A stretch of DNA of 63,823 nucleotides, filler included, from Phoronis australis (lineage: Eukaryota > Animalia > Phoronida): the NCBI GenBank assembly GCA_002633005.1. It is 8 parts of 8 records of this genome, joined end to end, with 100 filler letters (N's around TTAATTAATTAA, not from the genome) between each part and the next. Parts side by side here need not be neighbours in the genome. Positions count along the whole stretch, not along the records: positions 1 to 14,782 come from NMRA01001435.1; positions 14,883 to 17,746 come from NMRA01003362.1; positions 17,847 to 27,220 come from NMRA01000038.1; 5 more parts are not named here. The stretch is one strand, 5' to 3'. The position numbers and the translations under genes were made by a program. Positions 12,912 to 24,400 of the stretch are shown here, in pieces. Position 1 is the stretch's first letter. Each line of letters begins with the position of its first letter. The notes beneath the pieces were generated by a model. It made no database searches and was not told the DNA's origin. It worked only from the letters and a program-made list of their open reading frames with translations.

Positions 12912-14525
12912 AAAAGTACGCTTAATCTACTCAATCAACAAGTTTTCGGGCCCTGAATCAAAAGAAAACACAATGTGTGTGGATCAGAGCTATAACGTCT
13001 AGTGATAGACACTTTTTTCCGAGAACCTAAAATGGCCGAAAGAATCTTTTACAACACTAGGAGTTACATTCAGTCAACAGATGTCTCTCGGATGGTTTCA
13101 CTAAATTATAAAGAAAATTTAAGGGCATTCAAATACTGTAAATTTTTTGGAATAAGAGTTTTAACTCCTCTAGGTAAAATAACTGTCGTGAAATAGTTTA
13201 TGCTTTCTAAATTTGTACAATTCGTTCTTTACCTTCACCAACCATTGGGTTATAAAATTCTCTCATGATTTATCTGCGGTCGCAAAAATAAGAATTACAT
13301 GTATGGGAAATTTCCTATTGGTGGTTGCGAAATGATTCATACTGAATTGTTCATTAAATCACTGAAATTCTCATGGTTTCGTAAAGCTGTTTCGTCAACT
13401 AATGAAGTCACTTATGGCAAAACATTATCTCCCTGAGTATTCACTTAAATACCCGCGGTAATCTGCATTTCGGTAACATTTTATGAGATCTGGTCTAATT
13501 ACTCAATCTTTCCTGGAAAATTAACAAAAAATTGAGATGTCAGTGAAATCCCGCTCTGTAATTTCCCTGTGCAGCATGCGAGTATAGCATATGAACCATT
13601 ATGGTTCAATTCCAAGCTTTCTGCAGGCAATAGATAATTGTACATGTATAATGGAAAGTGGTATACAAATATTGTACATGACTTTTTAAACTCAAATCGA
13701 GACCTGATGACGTATGAATTCTGTAGAGCCCACAGCTTTTCTCCGCCTTTCATAGTCTTGTGGCTTGAGGTTAACATATAAGTTAATATCATAATATAAT
13801 AAATAATAAAAATATTGGAGTTACTTTCCCAAATATCCCGCAAACACTTTCACGTATCTTGCTCTCGTTTTCCTAAGGACAGGAAATTTATTGATAAGTC
13901 TTTGATTAAGGCCGTGTAGGACCTTATTGAGAAACCTTATTTCAAAATCAGTTACCAGAAAAAGTAGGCTGTCATAGGCGGATTTAGCCTCCCCCTACCC
14001 CCACTTGGCTGCCGCAAGCAAGATGAATCAGCAACAGCGTGAAGGGTGAGGAAATATTGAGTTCAGTAACAACTACCCCAGACCGCAGCGGAATCGTGTC
14101 CACGCTTTTTTTTTAGTCCGATTGATTTTCTGAACAGAAGGTCCACATCCCCAGCCCCCCGCAACTTTCAGGCCGGCTGTGCACATACAATCGCGCTTTG
14201 CCCAATTCCCCGAGGCAACATGTTGCTCAATGGTATCCTAGATACGCTACTGGCTGTGTAAGTCAGTAATTCTTCCCAAGCTACAAAACACTCAGTTTGA
14301 TCCTACCAACGATTGCCTTGAGACACGTTTTGTGATGGGGGTGATTCACATCAAAACTTGAATGTCGCTACAAACCGCTTGCAAAATATGACAACGTCAT
14401 CGCGTTTTTTATCCTTCTACATGTTGCTCTTAAATCACGTGCAATTCCCCTGAACGCCATACTGTATTAGCTACTGAAACAAAACCACCATGACAACCAA
14501 CTTAGCAACCGTTACTGTTGCAGAC

Positions 14526-14782
14526 CAGTGGTGGACTTAGGGGGGACAGCCGGGGACCCGCACCCCTTTTGGCCGTTACCAAATAGTAAAAGTGGCACCA
14601 GAATAAATTTTGACATTTATCATGTTGCGGCTAATCGTGGGCTTGTACTTTTGGGTGTGTGTGTACGTGAGGGGGATTGGGAGCACAGCCATATCACAAA
14701 ATGGAAAATACCGCTCCCTTATTGTATCCTAAAACAGCCACTGACACCCAGTGCATAATGAGCCTGGTTTGAACTAATAACA
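14526..14782 (+). mobile_element. left end of a non-autonomous DNA element carrying the 39-bp satellite
   Basis: Begins CAGTGGTGGACTTAGGGGGG, matches 7888-8100, and runs into the assembly spacer at the satellite. Confidence 0.6.
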
Positions 14783-14882
14783 NNNNNNNNNNNNNNNNNN
14801 NNNNNNNNNNNNNNNNNNNNNNNNNNTTAATTAATTAANNNNNNNNNNNNNNNNNNNNNNNNNNNNNNNNNNNNNNNNNNNN
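14783..14882. other. artificial contig spacer (also 17747-17846, 27221-27320, 31039-31138, 45339-45438, 51547-51646, 55679-55778)
   Basis: 44 N + TTAATTAATTAA (stops in all six frames) + 44 N, identical seven times. Confidence 0.97.
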
Positions 14883-16110
14883 ACGGCAATATACAAGGTA
14901 ATGTACGTCTGGATAACTTGCTACCTATGTACATGTATTGGGCAAAACAATAGCCAAGCAGAAGTCCGTGAGACGGACACAACGTCGCTTACTCAAGTAC
15001 GCAAATTCCAGTATTTGCCCCAATTTTTCTTTTCTGTTGTAATTTGAAATTATTTCACTCACGAATAGGACCTGTTAAAGATATAATTGTGAGTATTGCG
15101 GAATCTTAGTCAATGAATAGACACTATCAAACACTCAATTTGGCCTTCGTTCTCGTTAACAACCAGACGTAATCTTTTGATCCACATCAAATTTTTCTTC
15201 TCTTCAAGTATGACCTAATAACTTCACTTGGCTTACCACCTGTTTAGTATGACTTAGTTCTAAAATCCGATGTAGCGATAATATTAAAACGCCAAAAGGC
15301 ACCCAAAAACAAAACGCAGCAGCAACAGTTTTCAATTTAAATGTGTTATTTAAAATAAACAATAATACTCAAATGTTTAGTCAATTTAGTGAAACGACGA
15401 TTGTTTTACGGTATTTGGCAAATTGTGACGAACACCTTTGAGAACAAACGACCTTTCAAATATGCACCTGTTTTTTATGTGCGTGTTTATTCCTTCAAGA
15501 ACAAAATATTTCGTTTTAAAATAATGTAACAATGTGAACCGAAATAATGTATACGATTGTTCTCTGTCCTTATGTTCTATTTAAGCAAATATCGCAATTG
15601 ACAAAACATACACTAGCAAACGTTCAGTCTCGCTACCGTAGGTTACTAAAAAATTAATTTCGACCTGCTGAGCTTGAAAATTGAACTACGGTTTCATGTC
15701 ATACCAGTAAGAATATGTACAACCTCAACAAACCAAAAATGCGTTGGAAAATGGTCGCTTTATTGGTGTTGGTTATAAATGAAATTCACAAGATGATAAT
15801 CTGCGAATTTCATTAAAAATAGATTGTCAACCCACACAGCAGTGACCATGGGATTGATTGGGCGGCGCAGCACTGAAAAAATGGGGCTATAGCCCCCTCA
15901 GCCACCTGTGGTGCACTCTCTAAAGACCATGGGCGGCGCATCACCGCAAAAAGTGGCGGGTTATAGCCCCCCAGACCCCTACGGTGCGCCGCGCATGATT
16001 GAGTGCATCAAGGTGATGAACCTTGTTGTTCTAGTAACTGAGTCCCATCGATTAGCCAAAATGAAATTGTGACATTCTAAGCACAAATGTTGGGACCAAA
16101 CAGAACTTAC

Positions 16111-17746
16111 AGAGCAGGTTAAAACTCTGGACAGAGTCACCCAATGTCAATTGAAGCTTGTTAGAACACGCGTTGTAGGTAATGTCAAGTTTCACCACCT
16201 TTTGAAAATAGTTATACTGAAACACTACTCCGCAGGTCAATCCAAGACAGTCGCTGCGTGGTTTACAGAAGGTCCCATCGTCAGTATTTATTCTGTTTGC
16301 AAACAGAGGGCATTCTGAAATTTACAACAATGCATCCACTGATCGCTTACTCTGCCTTTTTTGATGACATGCAGTGAACATTGGTGCTAAGAGAGGTAAA
16401 GCTATTTAATGGATTTCATGCCAATTTTAGGTTTTGTGGTCGCGGGCTGCAACCACTGCAGTCGCCATTCTCGCACAATACAAGTACATATCAATGCAAT
16501 CATCATTATGATCCAACTAGATCTTCAGATAGGAAATCTCAAAAACGAGAGTTGCAGTAAGAAATCGTTCAGCGCAAACAAGAAAATGTTAAGATAGCCT
16601 CGATGAATGAAATAGACTTTTGATTTACCAGGAAAAAGTTTAATGCAGAATGCAAGAGACCCACTAGACCTTTATCATAAAAATGAAAGAAAGCAATTTC
16701 AGTCAGATATTGACAAAGTAATGACAAAGATTAGTGGTGAGGAGACATTTTCATATCCTGAGTGTAAACGAGAGCTTAAATGCACTTTTGTTTTTCATCA
16801 CTAATGAATCTAGCGCTAGTTTGAACTCGTGGAAACTACGTCTCACCGTTTGCCTTCAACGACAACAACTGAAGAACCATCTGCTCAAATGAACCTCGAG
16901 GTTCAGTCTTCTTCGCTCGTAGCATACTTCGAAGTTTGCTTGGGCTGAACGTCATGGGGTGTTGGATGGGTTGGTCTTGAAGAGTTGCAGAGAATTCGGC
17001 CACTAAATCCATCAGTCTCATCTTCGTGTCAAGTTGACCTCCATCCTCTAAAATCTTGCTTATTTTGGCCAGCGTGAATTTGTTGACATTGAACGCGTCC
17101 AAAATATTTGGTGGGCGCCTAAAACACAACAGTTGTCGATCAAAATACAATTGCAAATCAGCACTAAATTTACCGAAGTAGCTGATCAAACAGTGTAAGG
17201 CATATGACAATAACAAAGCATCATAACGAGAGATGGCGGAAGTACAAGTAAAATTAAATGGGTCAGACGTAAGAAACAGAAGCGCATACCGCTTACCTGT
17301 CATTTTTGGAGGACATGGCATTATCTTTAAAATTTTTAAGTTTTCCCATAGTTGTCAAAATTTCAACTGTGCTCTTTTTCTCCTCTTCAATTGTTTCTTC
17401 AAGATTTGTTTTCGCCTTTTTCATCAAATCTTCAACTCCATTTTTTGCCAATTTCTTGAAAGACGAAATCTTCTTAGATACTTTAGATTTCAATTTTCCA
17501 GATATGGATTTGAAAAAGTTCGAAGTTTTAGGTTTTTTGGTGTTTTTACTACGACTTTTGTTTTTTCTCTGTTTCCAAGCTTTCTTTGCTTTCTTCAATA
17601 GCTTTTTGGGCAGGCCAAAGCGCTTTTTGGCAACCGTTTGTCCTATGAATTCGAAAGACAATTCGTTACAATGCTCCGTCCAGCGTGGGAAGGGAACCAG
17701 TCTTTCCACAAATGGAGTCGGGTCCACGTATTTGTAATCGTCGTCG
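16111..17746 (-). CDS. internal exons of an uncharacterised large protein (>17746-17297, 17118-16847, 16314-16111)
   Basis: Canonical splice sites with matching phases (2, then 1). A Lys-rich exon ...SSKNDR joins RPPNILDAFN...LSLKAN, which joins ECPLFANRINTDDGTFCKPRSDCLGLTCGVVFQYNYFQKVVKLDITYNACSNKLQLTLG. No stops. Confidence 0.75.
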
Positions 17747-17896
17747 NNNNNNNNNNNNNNNNNNNNNNNNNNNNNNNNNNNNNNNNNNNNTTAATTAATT
17801 AANNNNNNNNNNNNNNNNNNNNNNNNNNNNNNNNNNNNNNNNNNNNAAGTTTTTTTTTCACTACCAACCGCCGTGGAGTATTTGTTACTGTTTCTT

Positions 17897-18141
17897 TGAA
17901 GGGAGATATTGTTGGGCAGTTTCTAAGATACGTTTTCTTGCCGCCCTCAAAATGAGCGCTGCACACTTTATGCTACGAAGTCGGAAAGAATTCACGAAGT
18001 CGGCCTTTGCTACCAGCTCTACCGATGTCTCTGACCCATGTTTAACGCAGTTCTTGATCCTTGGGAAACAGGTAGTAACTAAATTTTTTATTTCGCTAAC
18101 TGGTATTATAGCATGCCAGGCACACAACACGTATAACCTCC
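17897..18141 (-). pseudogene. THAP zinc-finger relic (transposon derived)
   Basis: GGYTCCVPG/CYNTS*RNKKFSYYLFPKDQELR*TWVRDIGR...PTS*HKVCSAHFEGGKKTY...PTI: the C-C..FP..W..CS.HF signature with stops and a frameshift. Confidence 0.8.
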
Positions 18142-18933
18142 CTGTGGCCAGTTCGCCCCCACGCTTGCCGACGTACTTGTTTACCGGCTTAACCACAATG
18201 CAACATTCTGACCCATTTCCAATATGGCGGCGTTGCAACTCCGCTATTACCGCAGTGGTTCATTCTTTGCTGGCTTCATAACATTTGCACTCAGGATTAC
18301 TGCAAAGGCATTACAAATTGTATCTAACGAGAACGACTTTGTTTCAGTTTCACATAAGCATTGGTTAGGATGACAATAATTCATTTTGAAACAGAACGCA
18401 GAATAATAAACGTCTACATGGCAACTCGCCCGCGCCAGTCTCAACTTAGTCAAGAGCTCAGCTGACGATGACTCGTGTCGGATCATTAAGTTTCACAGGC
18501 TATCCGTTCGAACCGTAATACACTGACCAAGAAATACTAGAGAGGCGCCGTGAACATGCAACGGAACGTATGGATAGTTCGTTGGTAAACCGAAATTCGT
18601 CAGAGAAATAACTGTCGACGAAATGTCGGCCACAGACACGGGGATGTTTCACGGCCTCTTACCTGCTATTAAAAGCGTACCTTTCATTCTTCACTACCGC
18701 GAGCCACTTGCTAAGTATTTTGGGCTCTGGAGGAAAAGGAAAAAAAAAACAATATTCCCGCTTTCTTCGCAGCTTCATACTTCGGACAAACGGGAACGAT
18801 GCACGGTATTATAGCGGCATTCACTCTGCAGACGAACCACTGACGTTGCTGCGTCGTTTCTCACCTTTCTCAATGGTTAACGCGACATCTTTTGGCCAGG
18901 TGAGGTCAACGTATAAGAGACGATGTAGACGTA

Positions 18934-19150
18934 CAGCACACATCACGAATTTTTGGCCGACCGGTCGGAAATTGGTCGACGACCCGCCGTCGACCGGTCG
19001 TCTAGCCGACCAGCAGCCGACCAACAACGGTCGGCTAGGAGCCGTCTGCTGAGTCGCCTCTGTGGTCGGCACTTGGGTCGGCTAATTGGTCGCCTAGCGT
19101 AGACGACCAATTCGGATTAAGCGTGTCCTTGGTCGGCAATTACCATTTTA
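18934..19150 (+). mobile_element. TA-inserted element end with GGTCGG/CCGACC palindromic subrepeats (second copy 26218-26291)
   Basis: TA|CAG(C/T)ACACATCACGAATTTTTGGCCGACCGGTCGGAAATTGGTCGACG at both loci; both copies are cut off at single-N joins. Confidence 0.65.
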
Positions 19151-19843
19151 TGNACTTAGCGGGTGAACTTTGGACAAACAAACATTTAACTGTTCGCTGT
19201 TCGTTTAGCAGTGGCAACTCCGGTCTTGAAATCGGTTTTATCAAATTTTGTTCAACTATTAAATGGAGGTAAAATCGAATCAACCTACAAAGACGAAGTG
19301 CGTGGCATTACACAAGCCGAATACCTTATGCTGAATTAATGACGGCGTGGTAAAATCAAACGTGATATAGTGGAAAAATAATTTCTAACTTTAGATATCA
19401 GACTATTTATGCAGTGCATTATGCATAAAAACTAGCACGAAATTTGAAATTTACAGCAAAATTGCATAAAAATCAGAATACAACACTGGATATTTTACGA
19501 CCTCAAATGTTTTCATGCCGCGAATTGCTCAACAAGCAGCACGCATTTGCGCTCATCCGTTATTGCTCTTGATCATCACTTCGTCACACTGTATATTGCG
19601 CTTTACCACAGATAATTATTGTTTATTTCTGTACAATTTGTTAATATGTTGGTACAGCAATAGAACCCAAGTTTATTTTAGGAACAATATAAACAATGGT
19701 TTGAACATAGCGCCGATATTAAATCATGGGCACATGAAAACCGAAAACTGTGATCGGTTTATAGTGTAATCCATCATCCATCATCATTCTGAAATTGTTG
19801 TCACTTTCGCAGTAAAAAATTTTNAGTGTGTTGTAAGCTGTAA

Positions 19844-20152
19844 ATGGCTGGAGTCGGTGACCCGTATCTCAGTGACAGTAGTGTGAGTGACGGAGACCTT
19901 TTTCACAGCAGTGGTGACGAGTATTTTTTTCACGGACATTCAGTGGGTGAGTACATGTTTGAGCCCGAGTGTAACGAGACAGAGTACGCACAGGAACAGG
20001 CAGCTGTTGAGAGAAACGAGGCGGCTACTGAGGACAGACGTGGTGACACATCTTGGTGCAAATGCACTGTGTGCGTTGTTATGCCTACCTCAATGGAATG
20101 CTTGTGCTGTTCAGAGTTCGACGAGGCCAAGCCAGTGCTGGACATGTTTAAG
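19844..20152 (+). pseudogene. KolX / P2X7 C-terminal (ballast)-like Cys-rich protein, 3'-truncated
   Basis: Acidic N-terminus, YMFEPE, then RRGDTSWCKCTVCVVMPTSMECLCCSE, i.e. the WCxCxxC..(x)..ECLCC motif. Confidence 0.8.
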
Positions 20153-21066
20153 TGGACCTCCGGCATACCAGAGGAACAACTGTCCCACTTGCCAGAGTCT
20201 CCCGCGACACACTCCCACTAGATGGTGAACTGAACACCCAAACTGCTTACATGGTGTCGTGTGACTCCCTCGCCACACACCTGGCACCTTCTTAATAGAC
20301 AAATCCACAATAAACTTATCAAAGTTTGGCTCACCGATCTGTTCACTGAACAACAAACTGTCCTCTCCACTAGGTGTCGAACTGGGCCAGTAATCATGCA
20401 CTCCCACTACTCAATATCGCTGCAGGGCTGCTTAGAGGCTCTGGGCTGGAGAAAACAGCACAGGGCGAATCACTACTCAAGTTCCAGGAATTGCACGCTC
20501 TGGCTTACGTTCGGAGGCACGGGTGACAGTAGATGAAGTGCCTCCACTGGCTCCAGTCACTCTACTGGCCACAGGTCGCAAAGCTTCTCGCCTCAAAAAC
20601 GCACTTCTCGGGGGTGGCGACGGGGCACTGCCGGGAATCAACACAGACGGATTTCGGAGGCACGGGTGACAGTAGATGAAGTACCTCCACTGGCTCCAGT
20701 CACTGTACTGGCCACAGCTCGCAAAGCTTCTCGCCTCAAAAACGCACTTCTCGGGGGTGGCGACGATGCACTGCCGGGAATCAACACAGACGGAATGGCA
20801 TCCTTCTTCAGGCGTTGTTTCGCGGGGACCTTCATCAGTTCAGCGTACAAATCCCTTTCGTAACCGGAGGGCAGAAAGTGCTTGCCACACACACGGTAAT
20901 TCTCCACTGCTTTGTACGTTTCGTGGACGGGTAACGCTGCGTTCTTCACACGAACGAGCCAAGTACGGCGAAGTGTGTCATCCATCGGAAAGCGATGCAA
21001 AGGTACTCCCAAAGCGCGTGTGAGACAGTAATTAGTACATTACGGTACGCAGCAACAGTGTGGCAT
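20150..21066 (-). pseudogene. Kolobok-type transposase N-terminal part (THAP + second Cys/His finger), DDE core deleted
   Basis: MPHCCCVP*CTN...LHRFPMD..LRRTWL.RV...RVCGKHF...RLKKDAIPSV (THAP). A 143-bp tandem duplication at 20511-20794 shifts the frame. Then KFIV/CQVCG...WEC.AG.SGKW. Confidence 0.8.
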
Positions 21067-21569
21067 GTTGACTGACCAGTAAATGAAAGCAAACGACGAC
21101 GGAACTTAACACAACCGAGGTAGAACAATGACTGACTCGGCAGCTCTCACAGTCAGACTATATGAAAAGAAATTGGCGCGAAATGCTTGCCTCCTAAAAC
21201 GTCACTTCCGGAGTAGCGGACGAGTAATTAACAAAATTACGAAAAGCTGTAATTAAGTGGAAAATATGTCTAGGATAGCCAACTAACCTTATTTTAGCTC
21301 AAAATGACATGGAAAAAGGTTGCCTTCGCCTTTAAATTGACTTAGAACTTCCTTCCGCTTCACAGGAAATATGGCAAATGCTACCGGATACGAGTTCTTG
21401 CAATGAGCGACACCTGTCGGATTCTGTTATACCAAGCAGACGAGATCTTGAAGCTTTCTCCCGTGCTTAATAAGGGAAAGGTTGAGCGCTATGGCGTATA
21501 TGGCTACTTTTTCACCTCTTTCGCGCCAGATCTTTTTTCTACTCAGAATCTCAAAATTCTCTGTACTGA

Positions 21570-21825
21570 AACTTTGAGCACACGAACGGGGCGATTGTAA
21601 ACCGATGGCAAAGTTCTTTTTATGTTAATACATTCTCTTTTTTCAGCGGCTGTTTCCCCGATATAACACTCCTTGGAGCCTTCTCCCTCACAACGGATGA
21701 TATACACAACCCTATGAAAGAGGGGTAAAGAAGCCATGTATGTAAAAGTGCTCTATCCTCCCCTTAACAAACACGGTGGGGTAAGATTCAAGATCTCATC
21801 TGCTTGAGGTGACAGTATTCTCCAG
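21570..21825. mobile_element. Penelope-like GIY-YIG endonuclease fragment with internal inversion
   Basis: Minus strand VVYIIRCEGEGSKECYIGET/QPLKKRMY; adjacent plus strand ERGVK-EAMYVKVLYPPLNKHGGVRFKIS (GIY-YIG C-terminus). Confidence 0.75.
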
Positions 21826-23063
21826 GTGTCACGCAACGCAACGCAAGAACCTGTAACCGGACGCAGTTGTCATGTTCTCGTGGAATTGGAAGAGAGGTCC
21901 TCGAAGTTCTAGAATATTTTAATCAAAAAATTGCAGTACGATTAACTCCACAACTGATGACTGGATGGTTTCAGACTTGCATTTCAATATGATAGCAATT
22001 TTTCCATTGTTAAATATTTGTTGCATGTAAAGGTATTTTGTCATACATGTATATAGTTTATTGATTACTATGAGTTTTACATGTAAGTCATTCAGATCTT
22101 TGATTATTGAAGCGCACGTACAATCATTGGTGTAATGCCAAGGGTTATATTGGAAGAGCGGACCTTGGCATGGGGAAGAAGTGTGAAACAATGCAAAGTA
22201 CGGACGAAAATGAACAGCACCAACCATTGTTTGCATTTTGAATGATAGATCGAAATACTGAATGTCGGTGTTTTATTGGGTGTCAAACGACGAACATTTA
22301 GTTATACAACTGCCAAAGTACATGAACTCTTTAAAAAAGTGATCGTCTGTACGACACATGTTCTGAAAAACTATGGTTTGATTCTTGTACAAAACATTAC
22401 TGTGCCATTGCCAACAGTGCCTCCAGTAAAAAGCTGATATCCACTGCAAGTTCTTACAAAAATTTGCATACAATGTTTCTCACAAAATAGCGCACCTTTA
22501 CAGCCCCGTACTTCCCAATTCTTGCCGGTCCGTTCTTCCAATCCAGAATTTTTGTGTGATCCTTCCCACCGGCTGCCCAAGCTTCATAAAGGGTGATAAA
22601 AAGCCTGCTCCAGTAAAGAGATAAAACCTGTCTAATACATGCAAATGTACAATGGTCAACAATGAAGCAATTGCTGAATCCATGTCGTAAGATAATCTGA
22701 GCGCAATAAACAGAGACGTAAACAGAAATATTGACGCATCATTGTTGCGGTGACGTCTGCACTTTATACATGGAAATTTACATGTATTTTTGTAAACGGA
22801 ATACACGACGTTTTGAACGGGTCACCATATTAGTTGGTAAAGTTGATACATAACAAATCAAAGCTCTTAGTTGGTAAAGTTGGTACTTAGAAAATCAAAG
22901 TTCTTTACAATCTGACATCCTTGTCAGAAGGAAAAGCAACAGAAATGTCGGCTCTTGGTATGGAGAATGATATCATTGTGATCTCTTGTAATATTGAACA
23001 TCCAAGATAGTGAGCAATACCGTGGAGCTGTGAATGCAAAATGTATGATAATTAAGCTCTGAC

Positions 23064-23948
23064 CAGTATATAGTGCGCCGTTTTTCTTGACCATCTATCG
23101 CCAAGGCTATAATACTGTTTCTCAGACGCCCAGAAGTCCATTACGATCTCAGACCAACCGGTTTCTATATCAGTCGTGAACGCATTGTTCTGGCCAACTT
23201 GGTAGCGACCTCAGGTATGAGAAATATCACAAACAATGTATTTAGCAGAACAATGGTAATATACTATCCAGGATTAGCAATCTTCTACAAAAAATGCTCC
23301 ACAAATAACGTTCACTTATACAAATTAGGCAACATAACAAATTTCCCCTCAGAACTAGATTTCAGTCTCTTTGAAGCCAGCCCCCGCGGGTTACGTGTAG
23401 GCCGACTGAGGCAAAAACTGAAAGAGTCGTTGCAAAATTAAACTCGGCATATCCGGTCAGCTTTGAGAGTCATAACTGTGGCAAATTCGAGACATGCCAT
23501 CAGTGCTTTTGTTAAAGTTTCGCATTGGTCAAACTGCTTTTACTCAGAATGTCTTGATCGATGTTCCCTTCGCAACTCATCAACGATTTTTTCGATAAGC
23601 CTGGAGGGCACCTATTTCAATAATGATCGGCAGAATTCCCCGACGCATACCCCTACAGTAGTATTCTGAAATGTTCGTGGATAACGATTATAACAATTCT
23701 TTGAATTATTCGTGGATGGGTAGGAGCATTGTTCTAAAGAACTTAAGTAGCCGACAGTCGTCTTAGGCAGTCGGTGAACTTTGTATGAAGTTTTTAATGA
23801 AATAATTCTATTCGATCCATGTTGTTTACATTCGAAATGTGAAATTTCTAGTAAACGATTTACCTGGTATCTCGTTATTCTTGTCACGCTGAAATAGGCA
23901 ACTTTCAGCCCATCGTTGTGCCACCATGGCAAGTTCGTCGTCCCATGT
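23064..23948 (-). pseudogene. CAP/SCP (CRISP/PI16/Ag5/PR-1) domain exons 23948-23864 and 23209-23064, degenerate
   Basis: TWDDELAMVAQRWAESCLFQRDKNNEIPG + RYQVGQNNAF...WSEIVMDFWASEKQYYS...TAHYIL. Phases match, but the second acceptor is GAG and the conserved F.HD and HYTQ motifs read FQRD and HYIL. Confidence 0.75.
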
Positions 23949-24052
23949 CTAAAAAAGTGACAACATAACGTAATACTAATGGATATCAGCGACCTACTGT
24001 TGTGCATATTAATTAAGCACACACGTATATATAGATTATTACATGGCAAAGT

Positions 24053-24170
24053 CGTTATCCCCAGTTGTCTAGAGTCCGAGTGGATTTTGGAGAATTATCG
24101 CCCGAGGGGCGTTAGCCCCGAGCGTGATAATTCTCCAAAATCCATGAGGGCTCTAGATAAGGGGATAACG
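24053..24170. repeat. long imperfect inverted repeat (foldback core of a non-autonomous DNA element)
   Basis: CGTTATCCCC..TCTAGAG..TGGATTTTGGAGAATTATC / GATAATTCTCCAAAATCCA..CTCTAGA..GGGGATAACG. Confidence 0.75.
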
Positions 24171-24400
24171 GCTGAGAACATGTAATAATCTATTTATACC
24201 ACATACTAAACGAGAAACATTGCAATGAATTGATTTACCTTTTCTGACTCTCCACGGCTTTGTAACTACTTTCTATGTCAGAGGCCCGGGGTCGGAGGTC
24301 GTGACCTGTTTCCCGCCAGATGTGCGTTTGAAATTGTGCTGAAGATTTCTCAATTAATTCTCTGTATTTAAGTCTTACGTTATATTATACTTCACCCACG

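Larger units (their letters stand above)
10730..13950 (+). mobile_element. degenerate L1/Tx1-clade LINE ORF2 (APE endonuclease + RT), fragmented
   Basis: Motifs in order: CLQDT, GTNSRS..FNNNFEF, ITLYGPN, LEFFLLS..I.PGYTTGHS (APE); GAIIRTRAKWID..KSTEYL.NLEK; FEIGRGCRQ...QYADG..ILGDS.KSL (RT, YADD decayed); LTPLGKITVVK. Many stops and frameshifts. The 3' limit is approximate. Confidence 0.85.
19154..21331. mobile_element. internally deleted Kolobok DNA transposon
   Basis: Convergent KolX-like and THAP-transposase ORFs; right terminus ...GCCTTCGCCT|TTAA (AGG...CCT ends with TTAA target). The left TIR was not found, possibly lost at the N joins 19153/19824. Confidence 0.7.

Noticed and set aside
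17233-17737. Plus-strand Phe/Leu-rich ORFs
   Set aside because: Antisense shadows of the Lys-rich minus-strand exon.
17885-18281. ORFs 17885-18238 (-) and 17952-18281 (+)
   Set aside because: Off-frame readings; the meaningful frame is the stop-interrupted THAP domain.
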